From positions 6,378 to 70,377 of the forward strand of contig JAGGXC010000023.1 in the NCBI GenBank assembly GCA_021163265.1: 64,000 nucleotides of DNA, given 5' to 3'. Shown here one piece after another: positions 28,271 to 36,643 of this stretch. The notes under the pieces are model-generated. The model was not told the origin of the DNA and ran no database searches. It saw nothing but the letters and a program-made list of their open reading frames with translations. Numbering within the stretch: the first letter of the stretch is position 1; every line of letters begins with the position of its first letter. The position numbers were made by a program, and so were the translations under genes. This DNA is from a bacterium (GTDB lineage Bacteria > Patescibacteriota > Minisyncoccia > Minisyncoccales > JAGGXC01).

Positions 28271-29155
28271 CTAATACCAGGAACTTAAATCTCTATTTAT
28301 CAATTTTTCCAATTTCTCAATATCCTTTCTAAAGATACCTCTTAAATAATTCCTAACTTCTTGAGTCAATTCCGGTCTATTATCCAAATGACATTTCCTA
28401 GAAGGTTTCTGGCTAAGACGATTTATCTTTCTTAGGATATAAACTCCAAGACCACTCTGACTTAAAAATTCATAAATCACTCTAAATACAGGACTTGATT
28501 GTCTTTTTTGAAAAAAATGACGAATCATAGCTGCTTTTGCTTGAAGAGTTCTATCTCTAAGGTCTTCTTTCTTAGATTCAAGATATTTCTTATGTAAAGA
28601 GAAGGGAACAAAGTTCTCTTCCACATCTAAAAATTTAAACAATTTTTGACAAACTTGCAAGGGATCTTTAACAATATCCTCATAAATAATAATAAAGATA
28701 TTATTTCTTGGAAATTCTTTATAATATTGAGAAAGAAATGAATAATAAAGGCTTCCGTTAATAATTGATTTTATCTCTCTAACAACTTTCCCAAGAGGAT
28801 ATTTATTCCTAATACTAGGAGGATAGGACTGAAGATAGTCAGAGTATACGCGTTCTATTGGATTCCTTAAAGAACATATTAATTTTACCTCAGGATTATG
28901 TGCCTTAATCTTTTCTATCACCTCAGGATGATATACATACATAGGAGTAAATTCTCCTTTAATTTTTTCTCCTTTGCAGTGTTTAAAATAAGAACTGTAC
29001 GGCTTTATTCCTATATCTTTTCTCAAGAAAAAGTAGGTTTCTTTTGGTTCTGACATACAAATTTGAGGATGTTCTTTTAGGCAGTAATAAATCCACGTAG
29101 TAGCGCATCGTGGCGCACCGATCCCAATAAAATCAATTTTAAATATCGATGTCAT
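28271..29155 (-). CDS. Sulfotransferase-family protein.
   Basis: IGAPRCATTWIYYCL (5'-PSB-like) and SLRNPIERVYSDY (3'-PB RNPxDRxxS-like motif). Confidence 0.6.
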   Translation of the reverse strand: MTSIFKIDFIGIGAPRCATTWIYYCLKEHPQICMSEPKETYFFLRKDIGIKPYSSYFKHCKGEKIKGEFTPMYVYHPEVIEKIKAHNPEVKLICSLRNPIERVYSDYLQSYPPSIRNKYPLGKVVREIKSIINGSLYYSFLSQYYKEFPRNNIFIIIYEDIVKDPLQVCQKLFKFLDVEENFVPFSLHKKYLESKKEDLRDRTLQAKAAMIRHFFQKRQSSPVFRVIYEFLSQSGLGVYILRKINRLSQKPSRKCHLDNRPELTQEVRNYLRGIFRKDIEKLEKLINRDLSSWY

Positions 29156-30501
29156 AACTTCTGTAGTATTCTCCTGATTTTCTTTAAGACAGGAAAACGC
29201 GTTATAGCTGTATCAATGAAGGAATATTTACTTAATTTTAAATAGATAGAAACATCTTTAGGAATACTTTTTTCTTTTTCTTTTCTTTTCTTTAATTCCT
29301 CAATATTGTTTATCTTCGGCTCATCTTTGAGATTACTGAAATAAACATTTTTCTCTTCTAGCTCCAATTGATATACTAGAATTTTAAATAGTTTTCTAGG
29401 AGAAACATCACTTAAAAAATTATTGCCATAAATAAACCTGAATTTGTGAAAATTAGCAAGAGGTGGTAGAACAGGATATCTCATATCTCTTAAAGCATTA
29501 TAATATTTATATTCAGGAATAAGATTAATTACATTCCTTGCTAAAACGGAAGGTAAATTCATATGAGATCCATGTACTCCAATGATAGAATCTGCTCTTT
29601 TATACTCTTCTATCCATTTCTTTTCTAATTCTAAATTAAATTTTTCCTCTCTGAAGTCTATAATATCTTTTCTAAATTTTTCTTTCTTTCCTAAACCACA
29701 CAAAACAAATCTTATGTTCTTGTAATAATCCTTTAAATAAGTAAACAGTTTTTCAATATTTCTTTTCTGAAGCCAAGGTGTTAACCCCCATGTTCTTCCG
29801 TCTTCTCTATAAGAAAATACAATTGATTTTGTCTTATTTTGAGAAGATATTCTTCTCCGAAGAATAGGAAATAATGAAATGTCGTAAGAAGTGGGATGAA
29901 AGGAATAAATGTTCGAAGCAAGGTATACTCTTTCCTTATTATCCACAATGCTATGTATTTTCTTATTAATTGCAGAGTACCATTTCCGATATTCGCGAAA
30001 AGGTAGATAAAATAATAAGAGCTCAGAGACACCTTCGGGAACAAGATGCTGCAATTGATAAGGAATCATAAGACATATCCCAAAAGTTTCCCTAAATTTT
30101 TTGATATAACGAGCACAATCAAGCAACGCCCAAATCGAATGACCGTAACATCCATCTAGACAATTAACCAAGATAATATTCTTGCTCTCCTTGAAAACCT
30201 TATGAGTAATTTTTATTTCTTTCTCATTCTTTTTTTTATAAGATTCAACCATTTCTTCCGCCCAATCCTTTCTCCCTGCTTCTTTTATTTCTAAACTCTC
30301 TTTGTCTATCGTAGCTTGATAAGCAAACCCAAGACGTGCAGGAAGATCAGAAAGAAATTCTTTACCGCAGCTTTTGCATTTAAACTCGACTATATTTCTC
30401 ATGCCAACAATAAAAAAATTTTTAATCAGTATTTCTGATCCACAGAGAGGACATCTATAGTAAGAAGCATTTTTATTTATATCGGGTTTTATCTCTAGCA
30501 T
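29152..30501 (-). CDS. Hypothetical protein with an N-terminal zinc ribbon (CPLCGS..CKSCGK). Possibly glycosyltransferase-like.
   Basis: CxxC...CxxC at the N-terminus. The remainder has no signature I recognise. The gene is embedded in the glycan operon. Confidence 0.4.
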   Translation of the reverse strand: MLEIKPDINKNASYYRCPLCGSEILIKNFFIVGMRNIVEFKCKSCGKEFLSDLPARLGFAYQATIDKESLEIKEAGRKDWAEEMVESYKKKNEKEIKITHKVFKESKNIILVNCLDGCYGHSIWALLDCARYIKKFRETFGICLMIPYQLQHLVPEGVSELLLFYLPFREYRKWYSAINKKIHSIVDNKERVYLASNIYSFHPTSYDISLFPILRRRISSQNKTKSIVFSYREDGRTWGLTPWLQKRNIEKLFTYLKDYYKNIRFVLCGLGKKEKFRKDIIDFREEKFNLELEKKWIEEYKRADSIIGVHGSHMNLPSVLARNVINLIPEYKYYNALRDMRYPVLPPLANFHKFRFIYGNNFLSDVSPRKLFKILVYQLELEEKNVYFSNLKDEPKINNIEELKKRKEKEKSIPKDVSIYLKLSKYSFIDTAITRFPVLKKIRRILQKL

Positions 30502-30504
30502 CTT

Positions 30505-31284
30505 TTATAAATTAGATATAATTTTACTATGAATAAGTTTATTAGAAGCAATAAGACCATTAATATTTTCAAATGGTTCTCTCCCATACAGAAGCATCTT
30601 TCCCTTTAGATCAGTAATTCTTCCACCCGCTTCCTCCAGGATAATCTCAGGAGCACAAGTATCCCATTGACAAGTCTTCTTACTAAAATTTATATAACCA
30701 TCAGCTTGACCCTCAGAAATCATCGCAAGCTTTAGTCCAATACTTCCTTTCTTTGTATAATCTACATTATTTTTTTTTAGAAATTCAGTCTCTTCTTCTG
30801 ATAAATGACTTCGACTAACAACAAATTTAGAACAAAAGATGTCTGAAATTTCCGAAACTTTGATTTTTTTAATATAACCTTTCTGCTGAAGAAAAGCCCC
30901 TTTTCCTTTCTGGGCAAAGTATAATTTATCTAATATTGGACAATAGACTACTCCTTTCACCGGTTTTCCCTTTTCTACTAATCCTATCATCACAGAGAAC
31001 TCACCGGTTCTTTGAAGAAAATCGTTTGTGCCATCGAGTGGATCAATAATCCATAATTTTTCTCTTTTTGTTTCTACAAATCTATCTCTGCTTTCCTCTG
31101 ACAGAATTCCGTAACCGTATCTTCTAAGAACAGAGAGAATAATTTGCTCTGAAGCAAGATCTGCTTCAGTCACCAATGAACTATCTTTCTTGGTATAAAC
31201 TTTAAAACTGCGGGAGTAAAATTCTAGTATTTTTTCTCCGGCTTTCCTTGCTAGATTAATAATTTCTTTTAATTCTTCATCCAT
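30505..31284 (-). CDS. 3'(2'),5'-bisphosphate nucleotidase (CysQ-like, inositol monophosphatase superfamily).
   Basis: LWIIDPLDGTNDF (the DPxDGT metal-binding motif) and the WDTCAPEIILEEAGG region typical of the IMPase/CysQ fold. Confidence 0.7.
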   Translation of the reverse strand: MDEELKEIINLARKAGEKILEFYSRSFKVYTKKDSSLVTEADLASEQIILSVLRRYGYGILSEESRDRFVETKREKLWIIDPLDGTNDFLQRTGEFSVMIGLVEKGKPVKGVVYCPILDKLYFAQKGKGAFLQQKGYIKKIKVSEISDIFCSKFVVSRSHLSEEETEFLKKNNVDYTKKGSIGLKLAMISEGQADGYINFSKKTCQWDTCAPEIILEEAGGRITDLKGKMLLYGREPFENINGLIASNKLIHSKIISNL

Positions 31285-32844
31285 CTAATTTAATATTAAT
31301 ATATTATCAAAGCCTCCTTTGAACAATTTCTTTATTCCTTTCTTAATAACATATAAACAAAGTGTATAAACTATCACTCCTATCACTACAAGCCACAAAA
31401 CAGACAGTGAGTAAAAGAGAAGTTTCGATACAACAATATACATCAGAAAAACAGCTAGAATCACACTGATTAATGTTTGTTGAAATCTTGAAGTCATAAT
31501 CTCAACTTTCACGAACTTTACGCTAAGAAGAACAAACAAGACGAACATCATAAAATAGGTAATAACCGTAGCAACCGCTGCTCCATAGAGACTATATATA
31601 GGAATTAGAATGAAATTTAAAACAATATTCACGATTGCTCCTATAAATTCAACCCAAAAAATCTTTCTTTGGTGATTTGCAGCAATTAAAGCCCGATTAA
31701 AAGGAGTAAGAAGAAAAATAAACCCGCTAGCCAAAATTAGTATCTGAAAAGCTAATATCGAAGGAGAATATTCAGAACCATAGAGAAAATCTATAATTTT
31801 TGGTGCCAAAACAACACCTCCTACCACTAAAGGTACAGCTAAAACCATCATTGCTTCTATATGATAGCTTATAATCTTTTTAAATCTCTTGCTTGAGTCT
31901 TTAAAGGCTACACTAAGAAAAGGAAAAAAACTTTTTGAGATTAAGGCAGCAGGCGCTGCAGTAAATTGAATAATTCTATAAACAGCATTGTACCACCCAG
32001 TTTCGGTAACCTGTCCAAAAAAACCCATCATAACACTATCAATTCGAACATAAATTACAGCGAAGAGTCCCACAAAAGCTAATGGCCACGACATACTTAG
32101 ATATTTTTTCCATAGAAGAACATCCCACTTAAAACTTAAATGATAAATTTTAAGATGAAAAAATAACAAAAGAAAAAACAAAAACAAAAGAGCACTAACC
32201 AAATAACCAAGACTTAGATTCTGAATAGAAGGAAAATAAAACACAACGAAAAAACCAATGCTAACCAAAAAAACTGCCTGTAGAATCTTAGCTACTGCTT
32301 CGTACTCCATTCGATGGCAGGCTTCCAAATAAGCATAAAATAAATCACTCAACCTATTTATAATTACATATATCGCTAAGATTAAAACAATCTTTTGAAT
32401 TTCGGACTGATCGAAAAAGAAAATACAAGCTACAAAAGTCACTCCTAACGTAATAAGCATTAAAATAAATTTCAAGGATAACAGTCCAACGAACTCTTCT
32501 TTACTCTTTTTTTCCCGAGAAAACTCTCTTGTAGCAATAGAAGATATACCCAAATCTGAGAGTACGCCTAATAACACAACGAAGGATAAAGCAAAAGCAA
32601 ATATCCCATAATTACTCGGACCGAATTCTCTAGCCACACACACAAATAAAGAAAATGTAAAGAACTTAGTTATTACTTGAGCCAAAAAGAGCCAGATCGT
32701 GTTTTTTAAAATCGTCTGTCGGATACTTATGTTCTGAAAAAAAACATAAAATAACTTCGCAAAAGAAATCTTTTCTCTAAACATCTTGACTTTCATTTTA
32801 AATAAGCTCCTTCTTTTCCAAATATCTAATAATTTTAGATACAC
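31285..32844 (-). CDS. Oligosaccharide flippase (Wzx / MOP superfamily polysaccharide biosynthesis protein).
   Basis: Twelve to fourteen predicted transmembrane helices, with the sequence character of polysaccharide biosynthesis (Wzx) proteins. Operon context supports the call. Confidence 0.7.
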   Translation of the reverse strand: MYLKLLDIWKRRSLFKMKVKMFREKISFAKLFYVFFQNISIRQTILKNTIWLFLAQVITKFFTFSLFVCVAREFGPSNYGIFAFALSFVVLLGVLSDLGISSIATREFSREKKSKEEFVGLLSLKFILMLITLGVTFVACIFFFDQSEIQKIVLILAIYVIINRLSDLFYAYLEACHRMEYEAVAKILQAVFLVSIGFFVVFYFPSIQNLSLGYLVSALLFLFFLLLFFHLKIYHLSFKWDVLLWKKYLSMSWPLAFVGLFAVIYVRIDSVMMGFFGQVTETGWYNAVYRIIQFTAAPAALISKSFFPFLSVAFKDSSKRFKKIISYHIEAMMVLAVPLVVGGVVLAPKIIDFLYGSEYSPSILAFQILILASGFIFLLTPFNRALIAANHQRKIFWVEFIGAIVNIVLNFILIPIYSLYGAAVATVITYFMMFVLFVLLSVKFVKVEIMTSRFQQTLISVILAVFLMYIVVSKLLFYSLSVLWLVVIGVIVYTLCLYVIKKGIKKLFKGGFDNILILN

Positions 32845-34438
32845 AATCTTCTATACTTTCTCGATCAGTTCTCAATTCTATTTCTGGATTTTCTGGAGGT
32901 TCAAAAGGATCGGATATTCCCGTGAAATTTTTAATTTTTCCTTCTCTTGCCTTCCGATATAATCCTTTTGTATCTCTTTTTTCGCAGATTTCTAAAGGAC
33001 AATTTACAAATATCTCCACAAAATTAGGAATCCTCCTTCTTAATTCCTCTCTAGCTTCTCTGTAAGGAGAAATAAAAGAAGCTACTACACAAACCCCTCG
33101 CTGGACAAATAAACGCGCTAGACTACCCACTCTTCTTAAATTTTCTTTCCTATCTTCTTTAGTGAAACCCAAGTCTTTTGTTAAAGTTTGACGCACTACA
33201 TCTCCGTCCAATCTTTCCACTTTTAAACCCTTTTTATTCAAGATTTCATACACTTTATCAGCAATTGTTGTTTTGCCAGCTTGAGATAGCCCAGTGAACC
33301 ACAAACAAAATCCAGGATTCTTATTTTCTCTACGATATAAATCATCTACTAAAGAATTTAAACCATGAGAAAGAAGATGATATACTTCTGGCCTCATAAT
33401 ATAGGATGGAGGCATTTCTTTATTTTTGATCTTCTCTCGTACTTTCGTTCCAGAAAAACGAATGATCTCCTCAGAATGAGAACAACTATCGATAAAAGTG
33501 TGCCTACGACACTTTTTACAATAAACTACCTCGGGAAATTTCAGAATCTCTATACCAATTTCTCTCTTACTAAAATTTTTAAATATCTCTTGAGCATCGT
33601 AAGGCGAATAATAATTTCCTACACCTGCATGATCTCTACCAACAATAAAATGAGTACACCCAAAATTTCTCCGGATAAGAGCGTGGAAAAGAGCTTCTCT
33701 CGGACCTGCATATCTCATCTTTAAAGGTAAAATTCCTAAAAGTACTTTATTCTTAGGGTAATATCTCTCGATTAAAACCTCGAAAGAAGAAAGAATATAT
33801 TCATCTTTGAAATCATTTACCTTTTTTTTACCAATGACAGGTTGAATAAATAAACCGTCTACTATTTTTAATGCTTCTTTCTGAAGAAATTCATGACCGC
33901 AATGAGGAACATTTCTTGTCTGGAACGCACAAACAGTTCTCCAATTTTTTTCCTGAAAATATTTTTTTGTTTCCGCGGGCGAAAAATTGTAATCAGGAAA
34001 TGGATCCTTTGAATCATCCAAAAGTTCTATCTCTCCTCCTACTAAATAATCTCCCATCTGATATACTTCCGCTACTCCTGGATGATTTCTATCTGTAGTA
34101 GAAAAAACATTCTTCGCAAGAAAATTCTTATCATATTCAAAAATCTCAATATCTTTTAGAAAAGCAATAGGCAAATTCTGACTATCCACTAAAAGGAGAT
34201 CTTTCTCTCTTTTGACTGCTTCGTATTCCTTTTTATCTAAATCGAGAACAATAGGAATACTCCATACTGATCCGTCTTCTAATCTCATATCAGAAACAAC
34301 TCTCAAGAAATCCTTCTCTTTCAAAAAACCTCGAAGCGGGGCATACACTCCTCGAGCAATATTCTTAACATCTTTTATTTGTTCTTCGTTCAACTGCAAA
34401 GATTTATATTGATCTATTTCTTTCAAACTTTTATTCAT
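32798..34438 (-). CDS. Bifunctional sulfate adenylyltransferase (ATP sulfurylase) and adenylylsulfate kinase, i.e. a PAPS synthase.
   Basis: N-terminal ATP-sulfurylase motifs CAFQTRNVPHCGHEF and VGRDHAGVG. C-terminal APS kinase with the P-loop GLSQAGKTT and ERLDGDVVR. Confidence 0.85.
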   Translation of the reverse strand: MNKSLKEIDQYKSLQLNEEQIKDVKNIARGVYAPLRGFLKEKDFLRVVSDMRLEDGSVWSIPIVLDLDKKEYEAVKREKDLLLVDSQNLPIAFLKDIEIFEYDKNFLAKNVFSTTDRNHPGVAEVYQMGDYLVGGEIELLDDSKDPFPDYNFSPAETKKYFQEKNWRTVCAFQTRNVPHCGHEFLQKEALKIVDGLFIQPVIGKKKVNDFKDEYILSSFEVLIERYYPKNKVLLGILPLKMRYAGPREALFHALIRRNFGCTHFIVGRDHAGVGNYYSPYDAQEIFKNFSKREIGIEILKFPEVVYCKKCRRHTFIDSCSHSEEIIRFSGTKVREKIKNKEMPPSYIMRPEVYHLLSHGLNSLVDDLYRRENKNPGFCLWFTGLSQAGKTTIADKVYEILNKKGLKVERLDGDVVRQTLTKDLGFTKEDRKENLRRVGSLARLFVQRGVCVVASFISPYREAREELRRRIPNFVEIFVNCPLEICEKRDTKGLYRKAREGKIKNFTGISDPFEPPENPEIELRTDRESIEDCVSKIIRYLEKKELI

Positions 34439-34462
34439 AAGACAATATAGTTAAGAACAAGA

Positions 34463-35425
34463 TTAATTTCTAATTCCTAACTGCTCTTTGATCCACTGAT
34501 AATTTCTTTTTAGACCCTCTTCTAAAGAAATTTGGGGTTCCCATTTTAATACCTCTTTAACCAAAGTAAGATCAGCATTCCTTCCTCTTACTCCTTGGGG
34601 TTTATCTAAAAGATGCTTCTTTTTTATGCTTTTTCCTGCAATTTTGGCAATGATATCAACCATTTCATTAATAGTCACTAGTCTATCAGAACCAATATTT
34701 AAAGGTTTCTCAAAATCTGATTCCATAAGACGATATGTTCCTTCCAGACAATCATCAATATAACAGAAGCTTCTTGTTTGTTCCCCGTCTCCCCAAATTT
34801 CAATTTCATCTCCGTCTTTTGCGAGAGCAACTTTCCGACAAAGAGCAGCGGGTGCTTTTTCTCTTCCTTTCTCAAACGTCCCCTCAGGACCGTAAATGTT
34901 ATGATAGCGAGCAATTCTTATATCCAACTCATAATCCTCATGATATGCCTGATACACTCTCTCTGAGTAAAGTTTCTCCCAACCATATTCATTGTCAGGA
35001 TCAGCAGGATAAGCATCACTTTCTTTTAATGGAGTAACTTGGGGATCAGTTTGTTTAAAAGTAGGATAAACACAAGCGGAAGAAGAAAAAAATATTCTCT
35101 TCACACCTGCTCTCAAGCAAGCTTCAGCCATATTCACATTTATTAAAACATTATCCCGCATTACATCAGCTTTCACCGCGGTAATAAAACCTATGCCTCC
35201 CATATTAGCGGCAAAATTATACACTTTGTCTATTCCATGAACTGCTTCCATAGCATTCCTAAAATTTCTTAGATCAAGAAGTAAAAACTCATCAGCTTCA
35301 TCAGGCGAAGAAAACTCTGGATATTTTATATCCACTCCTCGAACCCAATAACCTTTCTTTTTCAAGAACCTTACCATATGATGGCCAATAAACCCTCCCG
35401 CGCCTGTTACTAAAATCTTTTCCAT
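34463..35425 (-). CDS. NAD-dependent nucleotide-sugar epimerase/dehydratase (extended SDR).
   Basis: ILVTGAGGFIGHHMV (the TGxxGxxG motif) and the YxxxK region (YPADPDNEYGWEK). Confidence 0.8.
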   Translation of the reverse strand: MEKILVTGAGGFIGHHMVRFLKKKGYWVRGVDIKYPEFSSPDEADEFLLLDLRNFRNAMEAVHGIDKVYNFAANMGGIGFITAVKADVMRDNVLINVNMAEACLRAGVKRIFFSSSACVYPTFKQTDPQVTPLKESDAYPADPDNEYGWEKLYSERVYQAYHEDYELDIRIARYHNIYGPEGTFEKGREKAPAALCRKVALAKDGDEIEIWGDGEQTRSFCYIDDCLEGTYRLMESDFEKPLNIGSDRLVTINEMVDIIAKIAGKSIKKKHLLDKPQGVRGRNADLTLVKEVLKWEPQISLEEGLKRNYQWIKEQLGIRN

Positions 35426-35495
35426 ATTTTTTGAAATTTATTTTTTTAATTTATTTACTTTTTAAAAAACCTTTTTATTTTTTATTTCCATTTTT

Positions 35496-36197
35496 TTATT
35501 TCCATTTTTTTAAAGCTTCTTCATAACGCTGGAAAGTACCGCAATCTATCCACTTCCCTTGAAACTTAAAGCCTCCGACTCTATTTTCTTTTACTAATTT
35601 CGGCAGAAGATCTGTTTCAATCATACTAAATTTATTAGGCCCAGGATGATAATCAAAAATCTCGGGAGAAAACATATAAAGACCTGAGGAGATATAATCA
35701 GAAGGCGGATTTTTAGGCTTCTCTATAAATTCACATACAAGTCCGTTTTTGCAAATCACCACTCCATAATCTTGAGGATTCTTTACCTTTACCAACGCTA
35801 CTGTAGCTATCACAGGTTTTCTTTGATGAAACTCTGCCATTTTCTTAAGATCAATTCTTTTAAGTTCATCACCATTACTCATAAAAAAATCGTTCCCTGA
35901 AAGCCAATCTTTTAAACTCCATAATCCCCCTAAAGTGCCAAGATGCTTCTTTTCTTCCTGAATGAAAATCTTATGATTAGAATGATATCTTTTTTTCCAC
36001 CATTCAAACTCTTCTCTAAATTCCTTGTTAATCAAAACCGCAATATCTTTTATTCCATGCTTAACAAACAAATCCACAAGATGACTTAAAATAGGCTTTC
36101 TTTTTACCGGTAATAAAGGTTTGGGAATTTCGTAAGTAATAGGGTAAAGCCGCGTTCCCTTTCCTCCTGCCAAAATTACTGCTTTATATTTTCTCAT
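35496..36197 (-). CDS. Sugar-1-phosphate nucleotidyltransferase.
   Basis: KAVILAGGKGTRLYPIT..PKPLLPV, the GxGxRL nucleotidyltransferase signature. It is the first gene of the glycan operon. Confidence 0.8.
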   Translation of the reverse strand: MRKYKAVILAGGKGTRLYPITYEIPKPLLPVKRKPILSHLVDLFVKHGIKDIAVLINKEFREEFEWWKKRYHSNHKIFIQEEKKHLGTLGGLWSLKDWLSGNDFFMSNGDELKRIDLKKMAEFHQRKPVIATVALVKVKNPQDYGVVICKNGLVCEFIEKPKNPPSDYISSGLYMFSPEIFDYHPGPNKFSMIETDLLPKLVKENRVGGFKFQGKWIDCGTFQRYEEALKKWK

Positions 36198-36208
36198 AGA
36201 TTTATAAA

Positions 36209-36232
36209 GATAACAGCAAGGCAGCTGTTATC
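36209..36232 (-). promoter_or_regulatory. Perfect 9-bp inverted repeat, GATAACAGC-N6-GCTGTTATC, 12 nt upstream of the first gene of the glycan operon.
   Basis: I read it directly from the sequence. The dyad symmetry suggests an operator for a dimeric HTH protein, or alternatively a stem-loop. Confidence 0.35.
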
Positions 36233-36249
36233 AAATCCCAAGAGAAATA

Positions 36250-36495
36250 TTACCACTTCTCAATTGTTTCTCTAGTTTTGTCTTTAACTTTCCTGTAAAC
36301 TTTATAAACTTTTGACTCCAATTCAGGAGATACTAATTTTAAAATCTCGCTTCCCCAGATACGATATCTTCCTCCTACCTTATAAGCTTTGATTATTCCT
36401 TTCTTCAAAAATCTCTTTATTGTGCTCTCACTTATCTTTAAAAAATCTCTTGCTTCTTCGGTAGTATATATCTCATTTGGCTTAATTTCGGACAT
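36250..36495 (-). CDS. Small helix-turn-helix DNA-binding protein of the excisionase/MerR-like HTH_17 family.
   Basis: YTTEEARDFLKISESTIKRFLKKGIIKAYKVGGRYRI matches the HTH_17 pattern (tveEaaelL.vs..tv.rl...G.l.a.kvGrrwri). An AGGAAA ribosome-binding site lies 5 nt before the ATG. Confidence 0.6.
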   Translation of the reverse strand: MSEIKPNEIYTTEEARDFLKISESTIKRFLKKGIIKAYKVGGRYRIWGSEILKLVSPELESKVYKVYRKVKDKTRETIEKW

Positions 36496-36536
36496 TTTTC
36501 CTAGAATTACTTTTATTATTTAATAATAGGGCACCT

Positions 36537-36571
36537 GTCAAACCGTGTCAAGAGGGGTCAATAGGTGTCAA
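36537..36571 (-). promoter_or_regulatory. Four direct repeats of TTGACA (plus strand GTCAA) phased at exactly 10 bp, upstream of the HTH_17 gene.
   Basis: Plus-strand GTCAA occurs at 36537, 36547, 36557 and 36567. On the coding strand each reads as the -35 consensus TTGACA, and an AT-rich stretch follows. This looks like an iteron or operator-type array. Confidence 0.45.
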
Positions 36572-36589
36572 ATCGGAGGTTTTCCACAG

Positions 36590-36621
36590 CCAAATTAAAA
36601 CTCCGCTCTTGACGGAGTTTT
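36590..36621 (-). terminator. Rho-independent terminator of the 1735-aa gene (also symmetric).
   Basis: AAAACTCCG, a 7-nt loop and CGGAGTTTT, followed on the minus strand by TTTTAATTT. It starts 23 nt after the stop codon. Confidence 0.6.
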
Positions 36622-36643
36622 AATCACTATCCCCTGTTTTCGA

